Of a stretch of DNA of 64,000 bases, positions 48,441-57,629 are shown one piece after another. Under the pieces are notes generated by a model. It saw only the letters and a program-made list of their open reading frames with translations, had not been told where the DNA came from and did no database searches. Made by a program: the position numbers and the translations under genes. This stretch comes from Prolixibacteraceae bacterium (GTDB lineage: Bacteria > Bacteroidota > Bacteroidia > Bacteroidales > Prolixibacteraceae). The DNA lies in contig JBGSUC010000031.1 of the NCBI GenBank assembly GCA_041736275.1, positions 17,682 to 81,681 of the forward strand, written 5' to 3'. How positions within the stretch are numbered: the stretch's first letter is position 1; every line of letters begins with the position of its first letter.

Positions 48441-49292
48441 ATGAATTGCCATATGCAGAATATAGAATTGATGAATTTATACTGGACAACTGCAGGAGTA
48501 TTTCCAGGTCAAGGTGAAATAAGTCGGTTTGATTTTAAGGAAAGGGTACAAGTTTCGGCTAAAGCAGGTTTTAAAGGTATTGGAATTTGGCATACTGACC
48601 TTGAGCATATACTTCAGCATAGAACACTTCAGGAAATGAAAAGTATTCTTGATGACAACGGTATGAAACAGCTCGAGCTGGAGTTTATCACTGACTGGTT
48701 TCTTGATGGCGCAAGGAAGGCAGAGTCAGATAGCCGCAGGAAAAGACTGTTTGAAGCTTCTGAAATTCTTCATGCCAAACATGTAAAAGTAGGCGACTTT
48801 TACAACTCCGCTTGTCCGATGCCCAAAATTGTTGAGTCCTTTGCTGCATTGTGTACAGAAGCAGAGAAATACGGGGCGACCATCGGTTTTGAAATTATGG
48901 GTTGCGCTATGATCGACAATATCAAAGACGCGGTAGCTATGGTCGAAGCATCGGGAGTGCATAACGGAGGTTTGATCATCGATATATATCAGGTAGCCAA
49001 TCTTGGTATAACTAATGAGGAAATAAGAAGCATTCCCTTGAAATATTTGACCAATGTCGAATTGAACGACGGAACGCTACCCGGAAGTCCAAATCATGAT
49101 CCCTCCAACAGAAATTTTTGTGGAGAAGGTGAATATGATATCAAAGGTTTTATCAATTGCGTGATTAATATGGGATACACTGGTCCGTGGGGTGTAGAAG
49201 TTATTTCAGAAAAACTGGCCTTGTTGTCCTTAAAAGAGATGAGTACAAAAGCATACAACACTTCCATGACTGAATTTGACGAACTATTTTAG
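48441..49292 (+). CDS. sugar phosphate isomerase/epimerase family (xylose isomerase-like TIM barrel)
   Basis: 283-aa ORF whose overall pattern (GFKGIGIWHTDLE, GFEIMG, NVELNDG) resembles the AP-endonuclease-2/XI-like TIM barrel. The start could be an internal Met. Confidence 0.6.
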   Translation: MNCHMQNIELMNLYWTTAGVFPGQGEISRFDFKERVQVSAKAGFKGIGIWHTDLEHILQHRTLQEMKSILDDNGMKQLELEFITDWFLDGARKAESDSRRKRLFEASEILHAKHVKVGDFYNSACPMPKIVESFAALCTEAEKYGATIGFEIMGCAMIDNIKDAVAMVEASGVHNGGLIIDIYQVANLGITNEEIRSIPLKYLTNVELNDGTLPGSPNHDPSNRNFCGEGEYDIKGFINCVINMGYTGPWGVEVISEKLALLSLKEMSTKAYNTSMTEFDELF

Positions 49293-49303
49293 CGATACAG
49301 TAG

Positions 49304-49365
49304 TCATGGTTTCACTCGAAGTAAAGTCCTGATTGATTATAACCATATAATAACCAGTTATTTGC
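49304..49365 (+). repeat. intergenic hairpin repeat, copy 3 (degenerate)
   Basis: TCATGGTTTCAC-TCGAA-GTAAAGTCCTGATT plus a tail alignable to copy 2. Confidence 0.65.
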
Positions 49366-49394
49366 ATTGTTAATAATTTTATATTTATAGAAAT

Positions 49395-50372
49395 ATGAAC
49401 ATTATGAAAGCAATTATCCACACCCAATATGGTCCACCGGAAGTACTTCAACTTGCCGAAATACCAAAACCAACTCCTAAGGATAATGAAGTTCTGATAA
49501 AAGTACGTGCTACAACGGTAAATCGCACTGATTGCGGGTTCCGGAGTGCTGAGTATTTTATCTCCCGATTTTTTAGCGGATTATTTAGGCCCAAAAACCA
49601 GATATTGGGAAATGAGTTTGCCGGAGAAATTGTCGAGGTTGGTAAAGATGTTAAGTCTTTTCAAGTTGGTGATAAGGTGTTTGGGTACAATGAAAAAACG
49701 TTTGGCGCACATGCCGAATATATGGTCATGGCTGAAGATGGCCCAATTGCTACGATGCCGGTGAATACAACTTTTGAAGAAGCCGCGCCAATTCTGGAAG
49801 GTGGACATTATGCATTGTGCGATATCCGGGCAGCAAAAGTCGGGAAAGGTCAGAAAGTATTGGTGAACGGAGCAAGTGGAGGCATTGGTTCTGCGGCTGT
49901 GCAACTATGCAAATATTTTGATGCTGAAGTAACTGCTGTTTGTGCAACTAAAAATCTCGAACTGGTTAATTCTCTGGGAGCAAGTCGGGTGATCGATTAT
50001 ACACAAGAAGACTTTACCAGAATTGGAGAAAAATTCGATTTTATATTCGATGCCGTGGGCAAAAGCTCATTTGGAAAATGCAAACCGCTGCTTAAAAAGT
50101 ACGGAATCTATATTTCTACGGAACTTGGTTCCGGAGGCCAAAACCCTTTTCTGGCATTGATTACTCCACTTTTGGGTGGTAAAAAATTATTATTCCCGAT
50201 TCCAACAATAAGTAAAGAAGATGTGATCTTTTTAAAGGAATTGGTCGAAGCCGGACAGTACAAACCGGTGATTGACCGAACATATACTTTGGATCAGATC
50301 GTTGAGGCAACCAGATATGTTGAAACCGGTCAGAAAACCGGGAATGTGGTGATTACCGTCAGCCACGAATGA
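49395..50372 (+). CDS. NAD(P)-dependent medium-chain dehydrogenase/reductase (quinone oxidoreductase-like)
   Basis: 325-aa ORF with a GroES-like N-terminus and the Rossmann motif VNGASGGIGSAAVQL. Confidence 0.8.
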   Translation: MNIMKAIIHTQYGPPEVLQLAEIPKPTPKDNEVLIKVRATTVNRTDCGFRSAEYFISRFFSGLFRPKNQILGNEFAGEIVEVGKDVKSFQVGDKVFGYNEKTFGAHAEYMVMAEDGPIATMPVNTTFEEAAPILEGGHYALCDIRAAKVGKGQKVLVNGASGGIGSAAVQLCKYFDAEVTAVCATKNLELVNSLGASRVIDYTQEDFTRIGEKFDFIFDAVGKSSFGKCKPLLKKYGIYISTELGSGGQNPFLALITPLLGGKKLLFPIPTISKEDVIFLKELVEAGQYKPVIDRTYTLDQIVEATRYVETGQKTGNVVITVSHE

Positions 50373-50421
50373 TTTGTGAAGAATCCTGTGTAAATTGCTG
50401 ACAGTTTTTTAATGTCAATTT

Positions 50422-51264
50422 ATGAATGAAATAGTCTACCTCAACGGGAAATTTAAGTCGAAAAATGAAGCTTTGATCTCACCCGATGATCGCGGTTTTA
50501 ATTTTGCCGACGGCATTTACGAAGTGATTAAATATTACGGCGGGAAGCCTTTCCGGTATGCCGATCACATGGAGCGGCTACGGCGAAGTCTGCACGAAAT
50601 CCGTATCGATCTGGAAGATTTCAATCAATTCGAAACCGTTTTTCAAACGCTTCTGGAACAAAACGGGTTATCAGATCAGGATTCAGGTATCTATTTGCAG
50701 ATTTCACGCGGAAGTCACACCCGAATCCATCAATTTCCCGAAAACATAAAGCCAACGGTTTACGCTACTGCTTTTCCTTTTTCCTCGAAGCGGGATCAGC
50801 TCGAAAACGGAGTTAAGGTTATCACTACCGAAGATATTCGCTGGCTGCGTTGCGACATCAAATCGATTTCGCTGTTGCCCAACGTGATTGCCGCCGAAAA
50901 AGCCCATGAACAGGATGCCGTTGAAGCTATTTTTATTCGTAATGGAATTGTCACCGAAGGCTCTCATTCTAGTTTCATGGCCGTGAAAGGCGGTGTTGTT
51001 TATACCCATCCTGATTCGAACCTGATTTTGCCGGGAATCACTAAAATTGTGATCCGTGAAATATGTAAAGCCAATAACATCAAACTTGTTGAGGAAGGAA
51101 TTCTGGCTTCGGAACTGGTCAGTATGGAAGAAATGATGATTATTGGCACCGGAAGCGAAGTTACTCCAGTTGTGCAACTGGATGAAAGTCTTGTTGGAAA
51201 TGGTAAACCCGGACCGGTTACCGTTTTCATTCAGAAGAAATTCTTTGAACAAATACCCCGATAA
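50422..51264 (+). CDS. class IV aminotransferase, D-amino-acid transaminase-like
   Basis: 280-aa ORF with SPDDRGFNFADGIYEVIKYY, the K in CDIKSISLLPN, and ITEGSHSS. Confidence 0.7.
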   Translation: MNEIVYLNGKFKSKNEALISPDDRGFNFADGIYEVIKYYGGKPFRYADHMERLRRSLHEIRIDLEDFNQFETVFQTLLEQNGLSDQDSGIYLQISRGSHTRIHQFPENIKPTVYATAFPFSSKRDQLENGVKVITTEDIRWLRCDIKSISLLPNVIAAEKAHEQDAVEAIFIRNGIVTEGSHSSFMAVKGGVVYTHPDSNLILPGITKIVIREICKANNIKLVEEGILASELVSMEEMMIIGTGSEVTPVVQLDESLVGNGKPGPVTVFIQKKFFEQIPR

Positions 51265-51312
51265 AATGAAGTCATTGAAGACCATTGAATGACAACCAAT
51301 AACTAAAGCAAA

Positions 51313-51666
51313 ATGAGTCCAAATATTCCATTTCAGGCTATCGATTGGTCAAACATACCAAAAACAGAGCATAAAGGTGAAACTGGCACTGCATATTGGC
51401 AGACGGTTCAGTTGCCCGGACTGAGGATTCGAATCGTTGAATACACTGCTGGTTATCTGGCCGATCACTGGTGCCGGAAAGGCCACATTGTACATTGTCT
51501 CGAAGGTGAGTTTGTAAGCGAATCAGCTGATGGAAATCATTCGGTTATGGCAACAGGAATGACTTACGTTGTAACTGACGAACTAAGTTCGCACCGATCG
51601 GCAACCAAAAGCGGGGTGAAATTGTTGATAATTGACGGTGATTTTCTGAAATTTCAGGAAGAATAA
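51313..51666 (+). CDS. small cupin-fold protein (DHCW-motif cupin-like)
   Basis: 117-aa ORF with LADHWCRKGHIVHCLEGE. Confidence 0.55.
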   Translation: MSPNIPFQAIDWSNIPKTEHKGETGTAYWQTVQLPGLRIRIVEYTAGYLADHWCRKGHIVHCLEGEFVSESADGNHSVMATGMTYVVTDELSSHRSATKSGVKLLIIDGDFLKFQEE

Positions 51667-51675
51667 AACTAATTT

Positions 51676-52563
51676 ATGCATGATACAAAAGATTTGCCGG
51701 GAAGATTACAGGAAGCATACTCAGAAGCAAACCTGAACAAAATTGCACGAAACCTGATCAGACTTTACAAGGATAAAGAGTTTGAAAAGCTGAATATTAT
51801 CTCGGGGATGATATCGGAATGGGTTGAGATTGTGATTGAGCAGGATGGAAAAGGGTTTTCAAAAATCATTACACTTTATCATCCCGATCGTGGCGATTAT
51901 TACCGAAATCAGATCGCTACAATTACAAAAATGCAGGATGAGCATGGACTAAACCAATTTGGTCACATCTTTGTGATTCAGGACATTGAAGAAATTGCCG
52001 CCAACATCGACAGCTATGAAGATATCGACTACCATCCGGAATATGAATGGGATGTAAAAGATTCAGGCTTCAGCTATTTTCAGGATAAAAAGAAAAAACC
52101 ACGCGCTAAACCGAAGGAAGCTTCATCGGCAGGATACTCGTTTTACGATGCGGTGAAAATAAGACAGTATGGTGACGTTGCTATTGATTTTCCGACCTAT
52201 TACCTCGAAGACATGGATGAGTTTGAACTTTCGGAATCAGACATTGACGATTTGGACGGGATTGAATATTGTCTCCATACCGTGATTCTTGATTTGTCTT
52301 TTAATCTGATTTTTGACATTTCGCCTCTTGCAAATTTGAGCATGCTGAAGGAACTCAATTTATCGAACAACAGAATTGAAGATATTGAAGACATAAGCAA
52401 CCTTCAACAGCTGAAAAGCATTGATTTATCGAACAATTTAATCAGGGATATTTCTCCCTTATTCGAAATTGAAACACTTGAATTTGCTGACCTGACCGGA
52501 AATAAAATACCTGCAGAACAGATCAACGAGTTAAAGGAACTTGGAGTTACAGTCGAATTCTGA
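51676..52563 (+). CDS. leucine-rich-repeat protein with an N-terminal HPD-motif (J-domain-like) region
   Basis: The C-terminus has four or five 22-residue LRRs (LKELNLSNNRIEDIEDISNLQQLKSIDLSNNLIRDISPL). The N-terminus contains ITLYHPDRGDYY. Confidence 0.6.
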   Translation: MHDTKDLPGRLQEAYSEANLNKIARNLIRLYKDKEFEKLNIISGMISEWVEIVIEQDGKGFSKIITLYHPDRGDYYRNQIATITKMQDEHGLNQFGHIFVIQDIEEIAANIDSYEDIDYHPEYEWDVKDSGFSYFQDKKKKPRAKPKEASSAGYSFYDAVKIRQYGDVAIDFPTYYLEDMDEFELSESDIDDLDGIEYCLHTVILDLSFNLIFDISPLANLSMLKELNLSNNRIEDIEDISNLQQLKSIDLSNNLIRDISPLFEIETLEFADLTGNKIPAEQINELKELGVTVEF

Positions 52564-52579
52564 GATTTATTCTTTCCGC

Positions 52580-53947
52580 TTATTTGCCATGATGATCAAC
52601 CAGTATGTTCAGCTTCTTCCAGTGATTTACAAGTATAAATACAACAACGATAGCAGATAAAGTGTCGGAAATTGGCATCGATATCCAAATGCCATGAAGT
52701 CCAAAATAATTTGGAAGAATGAATAAAAGAGGAATGAGTATGATTACCTGTCGAAGCAAAGTCAGTACAACAGCGATTTTTGCTTTCCCCATCGATTGAA
52801 AAAAGTTACCGGCAACCACCTGGAAACCGACAAAAGGCAAAGCCATCAGGCCCAGCTGGAGACCTTCTTTCCCAATACTTAACAGACCTTCATCCGATGA
52901 ATTAAAAAGTTTAACAATCGATTCAGGAAGAGCTTCGACCATGATAAACGCAAAAATGGCGATTGCTGTGGCCGAAATCATGGCTATTTTCAGCGTTTCT
53001 TTTACGCGGTTAAACGATTTTGCACCGTAATTAAAACTGATAATGGGTTGGGAAGCCATGTTGATGGCAACAATTGCCATGATAATCATAGTTGCCACGC
53101 TATTTACAATTCCCATTGCACCAACTGCTAAATCGCCTCCGAAAGCAATGAGTTTGGTATTGAGTAATCCCTGAACAAAACTATTCGCGATCTGCATAAA
53201 GAAAGGTGCCATACCAATTGCGACAATTTCAAGCAGAATCTTGTAATCGAACCTGATATTTTCAGGTTTAAGTTTAACTACCGATTTCGAACTTCGGAAA
53301 TGAAGCAAAACCCAAATGCACAATACGATCATCGAAATTACAGTTGCATAGGCAGCGCCTTTTACGCCCATTCCAAATCCAAAAATAAGGATCGGATCGA
53401 GAACCAGATTTGTCCCGGCACTTATTAACATCGAAGACATTGCTATTTTTGCATTTCCTTCAGCTCTTATAATGTTGTTGAGCGAGAATCCAACTACCTG
53501 AAAAACAGTCCCGGCCAAAATTATATTCAGGTAATCGTTGGCATAGGCAATCGTTTCGGCGGTTGCTCCAAAAGATCGTAACAATGGGCCTTTAATCGAA
53601 AAACCAATAGCTGTAATCAGCACCGAAACAAGTAACATGAGCATAAAGCTACTTCCAAGTACCTTTTCTGCCTTGTTCATATCGCGTTTACCCAGATTAA
53701 TCGAGATTATAACTCCGGAACCTATGCCGATTAGCATGCCGAATCCCATCACAATCAGCATTACAGGGAAAATAACAGAGATGCCGCTTAATGCCATTGA
53801 ACCAACACCTTGACCGATAAAGATGCGGTCGATAATGTTGTAAAGTGCATTTACAAATACTCCGATAAATGCCGGAATAAAAAACTTAAGCATTAATCGT
53901 GAAATATTGAGTTCGGCCAGATCTCTGGTATTTTTATTCATATACAA
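52580..53947 (-). CDS. MATE-family efflux transporter
   Basis: 455-aa ORF with 12 TM segments and an N-terminal PAFIGVFVNALYNIIDRIFIGQGVG pattern. Confidence 0.88.
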   Translation of the reverse strand: MYMNKNTRDLAELNISRLMLKFFIPAFIGVFVNALYNIIDRIFIGQGVGSMALSGISVIFPVMLIVMGFGMLIGIGSGVIISINLGKRDMNKAEKVLGSSFMLMLLVSVLITAIGFSIKGPLLRSFGATAETIAYANDYLNIILAGTVFQVVGFSLNNIIRAEGNAKIAMSSMLISAGTNLVLDPILIFGFGMGVKGAAYATVISMIVLCIWVLLHFRSSKSVVKLKPENIRFDYKILLEIVAIGMAPFFMQIANSFVQGLLNTKLIAFGGDLAVGAMGIVNSVATMIIMAIVAINMASQPIISFNYGAKSFNRVKETLKIAMISATAIAIFAFIMVEALPESIVKLFNSSDEGLLSIGKEGLQLGLMALPFVGFQVVAGNFFQSMGKAKIAVVLTLLRQVIILIPLLFILPNYFGLHGIWISMPISDTLSAIVVVFILVNHWKKLNILVDHHGK

Positions 53948-54098
53948 CTACTTTAAAGGATGCCAAAGATAGAAATTTGATGAGATTTCATCGCCGGAAT
54001 CTGTTTTGTCAGGGTACACGTAACAATTCTTTTTTTTTTATAAATACTTCAATTTAACAACCATTGCAGAGAAAAGGCACATCGTAACTTCAATTTAT

Positions 54099-54106
54099 TA
54101 ATTTTG
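54099..54106 (+). promoter_or_regulatory. candidate -7 promoter box (TAATTTTG)
   Basis: TAnnTTTG lies 24 nt upstream of the 54130 ATG. Confidence 0.45.
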
Positions 54107-54129
54107 CAGAAAATTAGAATAATTATCAG

Positions 54130-54657
54130 ATGACGAGCGAATTTACACAAAACGAAAATAAGAATATTTTAAGGGGTCTGGAATCAGCCGATTCTCTCAA
54201 AATTATTGAGACACTTGAAGAGTTGCGCATTTCAGGAAAAGTATCAGACATTCCGGTTTTGATTGAACTGCTGCATGGGAGTCAAAACCCGGAAATTAAG
54301 TCGAAGATCTGCGGCTTATTTGCCAATTTAAAGGAGAGCGATGCCATTCCTTTAATTATTGAAGCAATTCAAAATCAGAAGTATGAGCCGGAATTAAAAG
54401 AGCTGGTTTCGTGCTGTTGGGAAAATGGTCTTGATTACAGCAATTATTTGACACTGTTTGTCGATTTACTTATTGATAGCGATTTCCTGGTGGCTTTCGA
54501 AGCATATACTGTTATCCTGAATATGATATCTACAATTGATCCGGCAAAAATTGATGCTGAAGTAGACAAATTGGAAAAGGCAATGCATTTGGCAAGCGAT
54601 CAAAAGAAAGAACTGATATTGGAGGTGATTGATTTTTTACCTTCAATCCGTAGTTAA
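54130..54657 (+). CDS. HEAT-like repeat protein, function unknown
   Basis: 175-aa ORF with repeated helical units (IPVLIELLHGSQNPEIKSKI / AIPLIIEAIQN). Confidence 0.5.
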   Translation: MTSEFTQNENKNILRGLESADSLKIIETLEELRISGKVSDIPVLIELLHGSQNPEIKSKICGLFANLKESDAIPLIIEAIQNQKYEPELKELVSCCWENGLDYSNYLTLFVDLLIDSDFLVAFEAYTVILNMISTIDPAKIDAEVDKLEKAMHLASDQKKELILEVIDFLPSIRS

Positions 54658-54737
54658 AAAGAAGATAAGGGAAAGAGTAACCTAAGAAGAGCAAACTGAA
54701 TTGATCCGTTTGCTCTTCTTCACAGGTATTGTACCGT

Positions 54738-55721
54738 TTATTTTCCCGAAAAATATTTCATAAACTGTGCTCTTTCATAGGTCATCGGGTCAGGAATGTT
54801 TTTATAAGACAATCTTCCCCTGAAATCATCTATTGTTTTAAAATTCCACTTCTTCATAAACCTGATCAGATCGTCGGTCATACCGGCAATAGCCTGGGCA
54901 CCGTTAATGTATACCGAAGAACAGATCTGTGTTGCCTGAGCTCCCGCCAACAACTGTTTGATTACTGCTTCTCCATCGTGGATGCCAGTACTTGCGGCTA
55001 TTTCAACTTTAGGTAATTGCGATGAGATTAGTCCAATCCACCTCAATGAGCGACGAATGTCGGCAGGCGAACTAAACACTTCGGAGGCAGTTATTTCCAG
55101 TTTTTCAATGTTAATGTCGGGTTCATAAAACCGGTTGAACAAAACCAGTCCGTCAGCTCCGTTGGCAACTAGCTTGTCGGCCATAGCAACCAGATTGGTA
55201 TAATAGAACCCGATTTTTACCGAAATCGGTATTTTTACATTCTTTTTTACTTTCGATATAATCTGTAAATATTGCTGTTCTATTTCTTCAGATGTTTTAT
55301 TCCGGTCGGTTGGAACAAAAAACAGGTTAAGTTCCAATGCATCAGCACCGGCATTTTCGAAATCTTTGGCAAAAACAATCCATTCAGAGGCCGACATGCA
55401 GTTAATGCTGGCAATAATCGGAATTTCGGTTTCTTTTTTTGCCTCACTCAGCAAATTCAGGTGATGCGTAATCGAATTATTCCGGGTGTAATTCCAAATG
55501 TAGTCTTCCTCCTCAGGATATAAATTCTTGGGGTCGCGGTTTATCAGGTTACTCACTTCATTATTGATTTGTTCCTCAAAAATAGATTTCAGAACAACAG
55601 CTCCTGCACCGGCCTTTTCAAGGTCTTTTATTTTTTCAACCGAGTTTGACAGACCCGAACTGGCTATAATAATTGGGTTCTTCAGTTTTAATCCCAGGTA
55701 TTTGGTTTCCAGATTTGGCAT
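54738..55721 (-). CDS. dihydroorotate dehydrogenase-like flavoprotein (class 1 DHOD/DHPD-like TIM barrel)
   Basis: 327-aa ORF with LKNPIIIASSG, VVLKSIF and ASINC. Confidence 0.7.
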   Translation of the reverse strand: MPNLETKYLGLKLKNPIIIASSGLSNSVEKIKDLEKAGAGAVVLKSIFEEQINNEVSNLINRDPKNLYPEEEDYIWNYTRNNSITHHLNLLSEAKKETEIPIIASINCMSASEWIVFAKDFENAGADALELNLFFVPTDRNKTSEEIEQQYLQIISKVKKNVKIPISVKIGFYYTNLVAMADKLVANGADGLVLFNRFYEPDINIEKLEITASEVFSSPADIRRSLRWIGLISSQLPKVEIAASTGIHDGEAVIKQLLAGAQATQICSSVYINGAQAIAGMTDDLIRFMKKWNFKTIDDFRGRLSYKNIPDPMTYERAQFMKYFSGK

Positions 55722-55819
55722 GTTTTATATGTTTTAGAGTTTGTTTAAGTTTCTGTAATTGTAAAATGTATTCAGTTTTGATGATATTCAAATTTGTTCT
55801 ATAACACTGAACAGCTTTA

Positions 55820-56500
55820 TTAGGTTGTAAAATTGATATTTCGTTCACCAAAAATTGTGCTTCCTATTCTAACCATGGTACTGCCTTCTTCAATTGCGAT
55901 ACGGTAATCGCCCGACATACCCATCGACAACTCCTTAAATTCAGGATTATCAGCGAAAAAAGTCGTTTTCAGCTTGTCAAAATAAGTTTTCAAACAAGCG
56001 AATTCTTTCCTGATCTGAACTTCATTGTCAGTATAAGTTGCCATTCCCATTACTCCTGAAATCCGAATGTTTTCAAGGGTCTTAAATACTTCCGAATTTA
56101 AGATTTCCTCAGCCTCATTCAGCGAAAAACCAAATTTACTTTCTTCCTCGGCAATATGAAACTGAAGCAGACAAGGAATGATTCGATTTACCTTTTTTGC
56201 TTCTGAATTGATTGTTTTGAGAAGCTTGAAAGAATCAATACCATGAATTAAATGAACAAACGGGGCAATGAATTTGACTTTGTTTGTTTGCATGTGACCA
56301 ATAAAATGCCATTCAATGTCTTTCGGAAGCGCTTCATATTTTCTACTCAATTCCTGGACTTTATTTTCACCAAAAGCCCTTTGACCAATATTATAGGCCT
56401 CCATCAGCAATTCTTCCGGCTTGGTTTTCGAAACAGCAACCAGCTTTATTCGCTCAGGTAAATTTAATTTGATCAGTTTTATATTTTCTGCTACGCTCAT
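55820..56500 (-). CDS. yggS: YggS-family pyridoxal-phosphate homeostasis protein
   Basis: 226-aa ORF with LVAVSKTKP (PLP Lys), FGENKVQE, WHFIGHMQTNKVK and LSMGMSGDY. Confidence 0.92.
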   Translation of the reverse strand: MSVAENIKLIKLNLPERIKLVAVSKTKPEELLMEAYNIGQRAFGENKVQELSRKYEALPKDIEWHFIGHMQTNKVKFIAPFVHLIHGIDSFKLLKTINSEAKKVNRIIPCLLQFHIAEEESKFGFSLNEAEEILNSEVFKTLENIRISGVMGMATYTDNEVQIRKEFACLKTYFDKLKTTFFADNPEFKELSMGMSGDYRIAIEEGSTMVRIGSTIFGERNINFTT

Positions 56501-56630
56501 GAATCAAAAATAATATACAAAAGTCGAAATCTCAGCCATATCTAAAAGCAATTTTGAAATTTTATTTTCTCCGGAAGTACAGTTTCCCAATCTTCTATTT
56601 CTATAATGCAGCCTCAGTACTTGCTTTTCA

Positions 56631-57629
56631 ATGTTTTCTCTATCTTTGAAAACCGATATGAGAGAGATACAGAGAGATACAGTTGAACGTATGAATGCAT
56701 TGGGGGCACAGGGCAAACCCTTTGCTTTTGTTATCGACTTCGATTTTGAAAAACCGCTGATTTTTGAACCGGAAAATACGGTTCAAATTCTCTGGAAAAC
56801 ACCGGATGCTTTCAATTTTTTAACTGAAACAAACGAGGGGAAGGAATTTTTCTGGAACATAAATCCGGTTGATTACGAGCGCTACCAAAAAGCATTCAAC
56901 AAAGTTCAGGACAGAATTCATGGCGGAGATACATATTTGCTAAACCTGACCATGCCTACCGAAGTTGAAACAAATCTCTCTACGGAAGAAATTTTTCGGT
57001 TAAGTGACGCACCCTACAAAATATGGCTAAAGAATCAGTTTGTTTGCTTTTCTCCTGAAATTTTTGTCCGCATTAACGAAGGCATTATTTCTTCTTTCCC
57101 GATGAAAGGAACCATTGATGCAACTGTTGAAAATGCGGAAAATATTCTTCTTAATGATGCTAAAGAAGTTGCGGAACATCATACGATTGTTGATTTAATC
57201 AGGAATGACCTGAGCATGGTAGCTACCGATGTTGAGGTTGATCGGCTGATGTACATTGACCGAATTTTTACCAATCGTGGAGAATTGCTGCAAATGAGTT
57301 CTCAAATTTCAGGAAAACTTCCGGTGAATTATCAGCAAAATATCGGATCAATTTTGGCAAAAATGCTTCCTGCCGGTTCAATTTGTGGTGCGCCAAAGGC
57401 TAAAACAGTCGAGATTATTCGAAATACTGAACATTATCAGCGCGGATATTATACCGGAATTTTTGGTTATTTCGATGGGAAAAATCTGGATAGTTGTGTT
57501 TTAATCCGATATTTGGAACAAGAAGGCAACCGGTTGATTTTTAAAAGTGGGGGAGGAATTACCTTTTTGAGCGATTGCCAGACCGAATACAACGAACTTA
57601 TTCAAAAAGTATATGTGCCAATTAGTTGA
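56631..57629 (+). CDS. pabB: aminodeoxychorismate synthase component I (short chorismate-binding type)
   Basis: Chorismate-binding motifs SPEIF, PMKGT, DLIRNDL, GSICGAPK and GGGIT. The true start may be the Met at 56658 or 56691. Confidence 0.8.
   Translation: MFSLSLKTDMREIQRDTVERMNALGAQGKPFAFVIDFDFEKPLIFEPENTVQILWKTPDAFNFLTETNEGKEFFWNINPVDYERYQKAFNKVQDRIHGGDTYLLNLTMPTEVETNLSTEEIFRLSDAPYKIWLKNQFVCFSPEIFVRINEGIISSFPMKGTIDATVENAENILLNDAKEVAEHHTIVDLIRNDLSMVATDVEVDRLMYIDRIFTNRGELLQMSSQISGKLPVNYQQNIGSILAKMLPAGSICGAPKAKTVEIIRNTEHYQRGYYTGIFGYFDGKNLDSCVLIRYLEQEGNRLIFKSGGGITFLSDCQTEYNELIQKVYVPIS

Noticed and set aside
46232-49365. Hairpin repeats considered as integron attC sites marking a gene-cassette array
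   Set aside because: I could not find RYYYAAC/GTTRRRY core sites at the element borders. No integron integrase is in the window. The dienelactone hydrolase and aldo/keto reductase genes are not separated by a copy. The G-U-only pairing points to an RNA-level element, whereas attC sites fold as single-stranded DNA.
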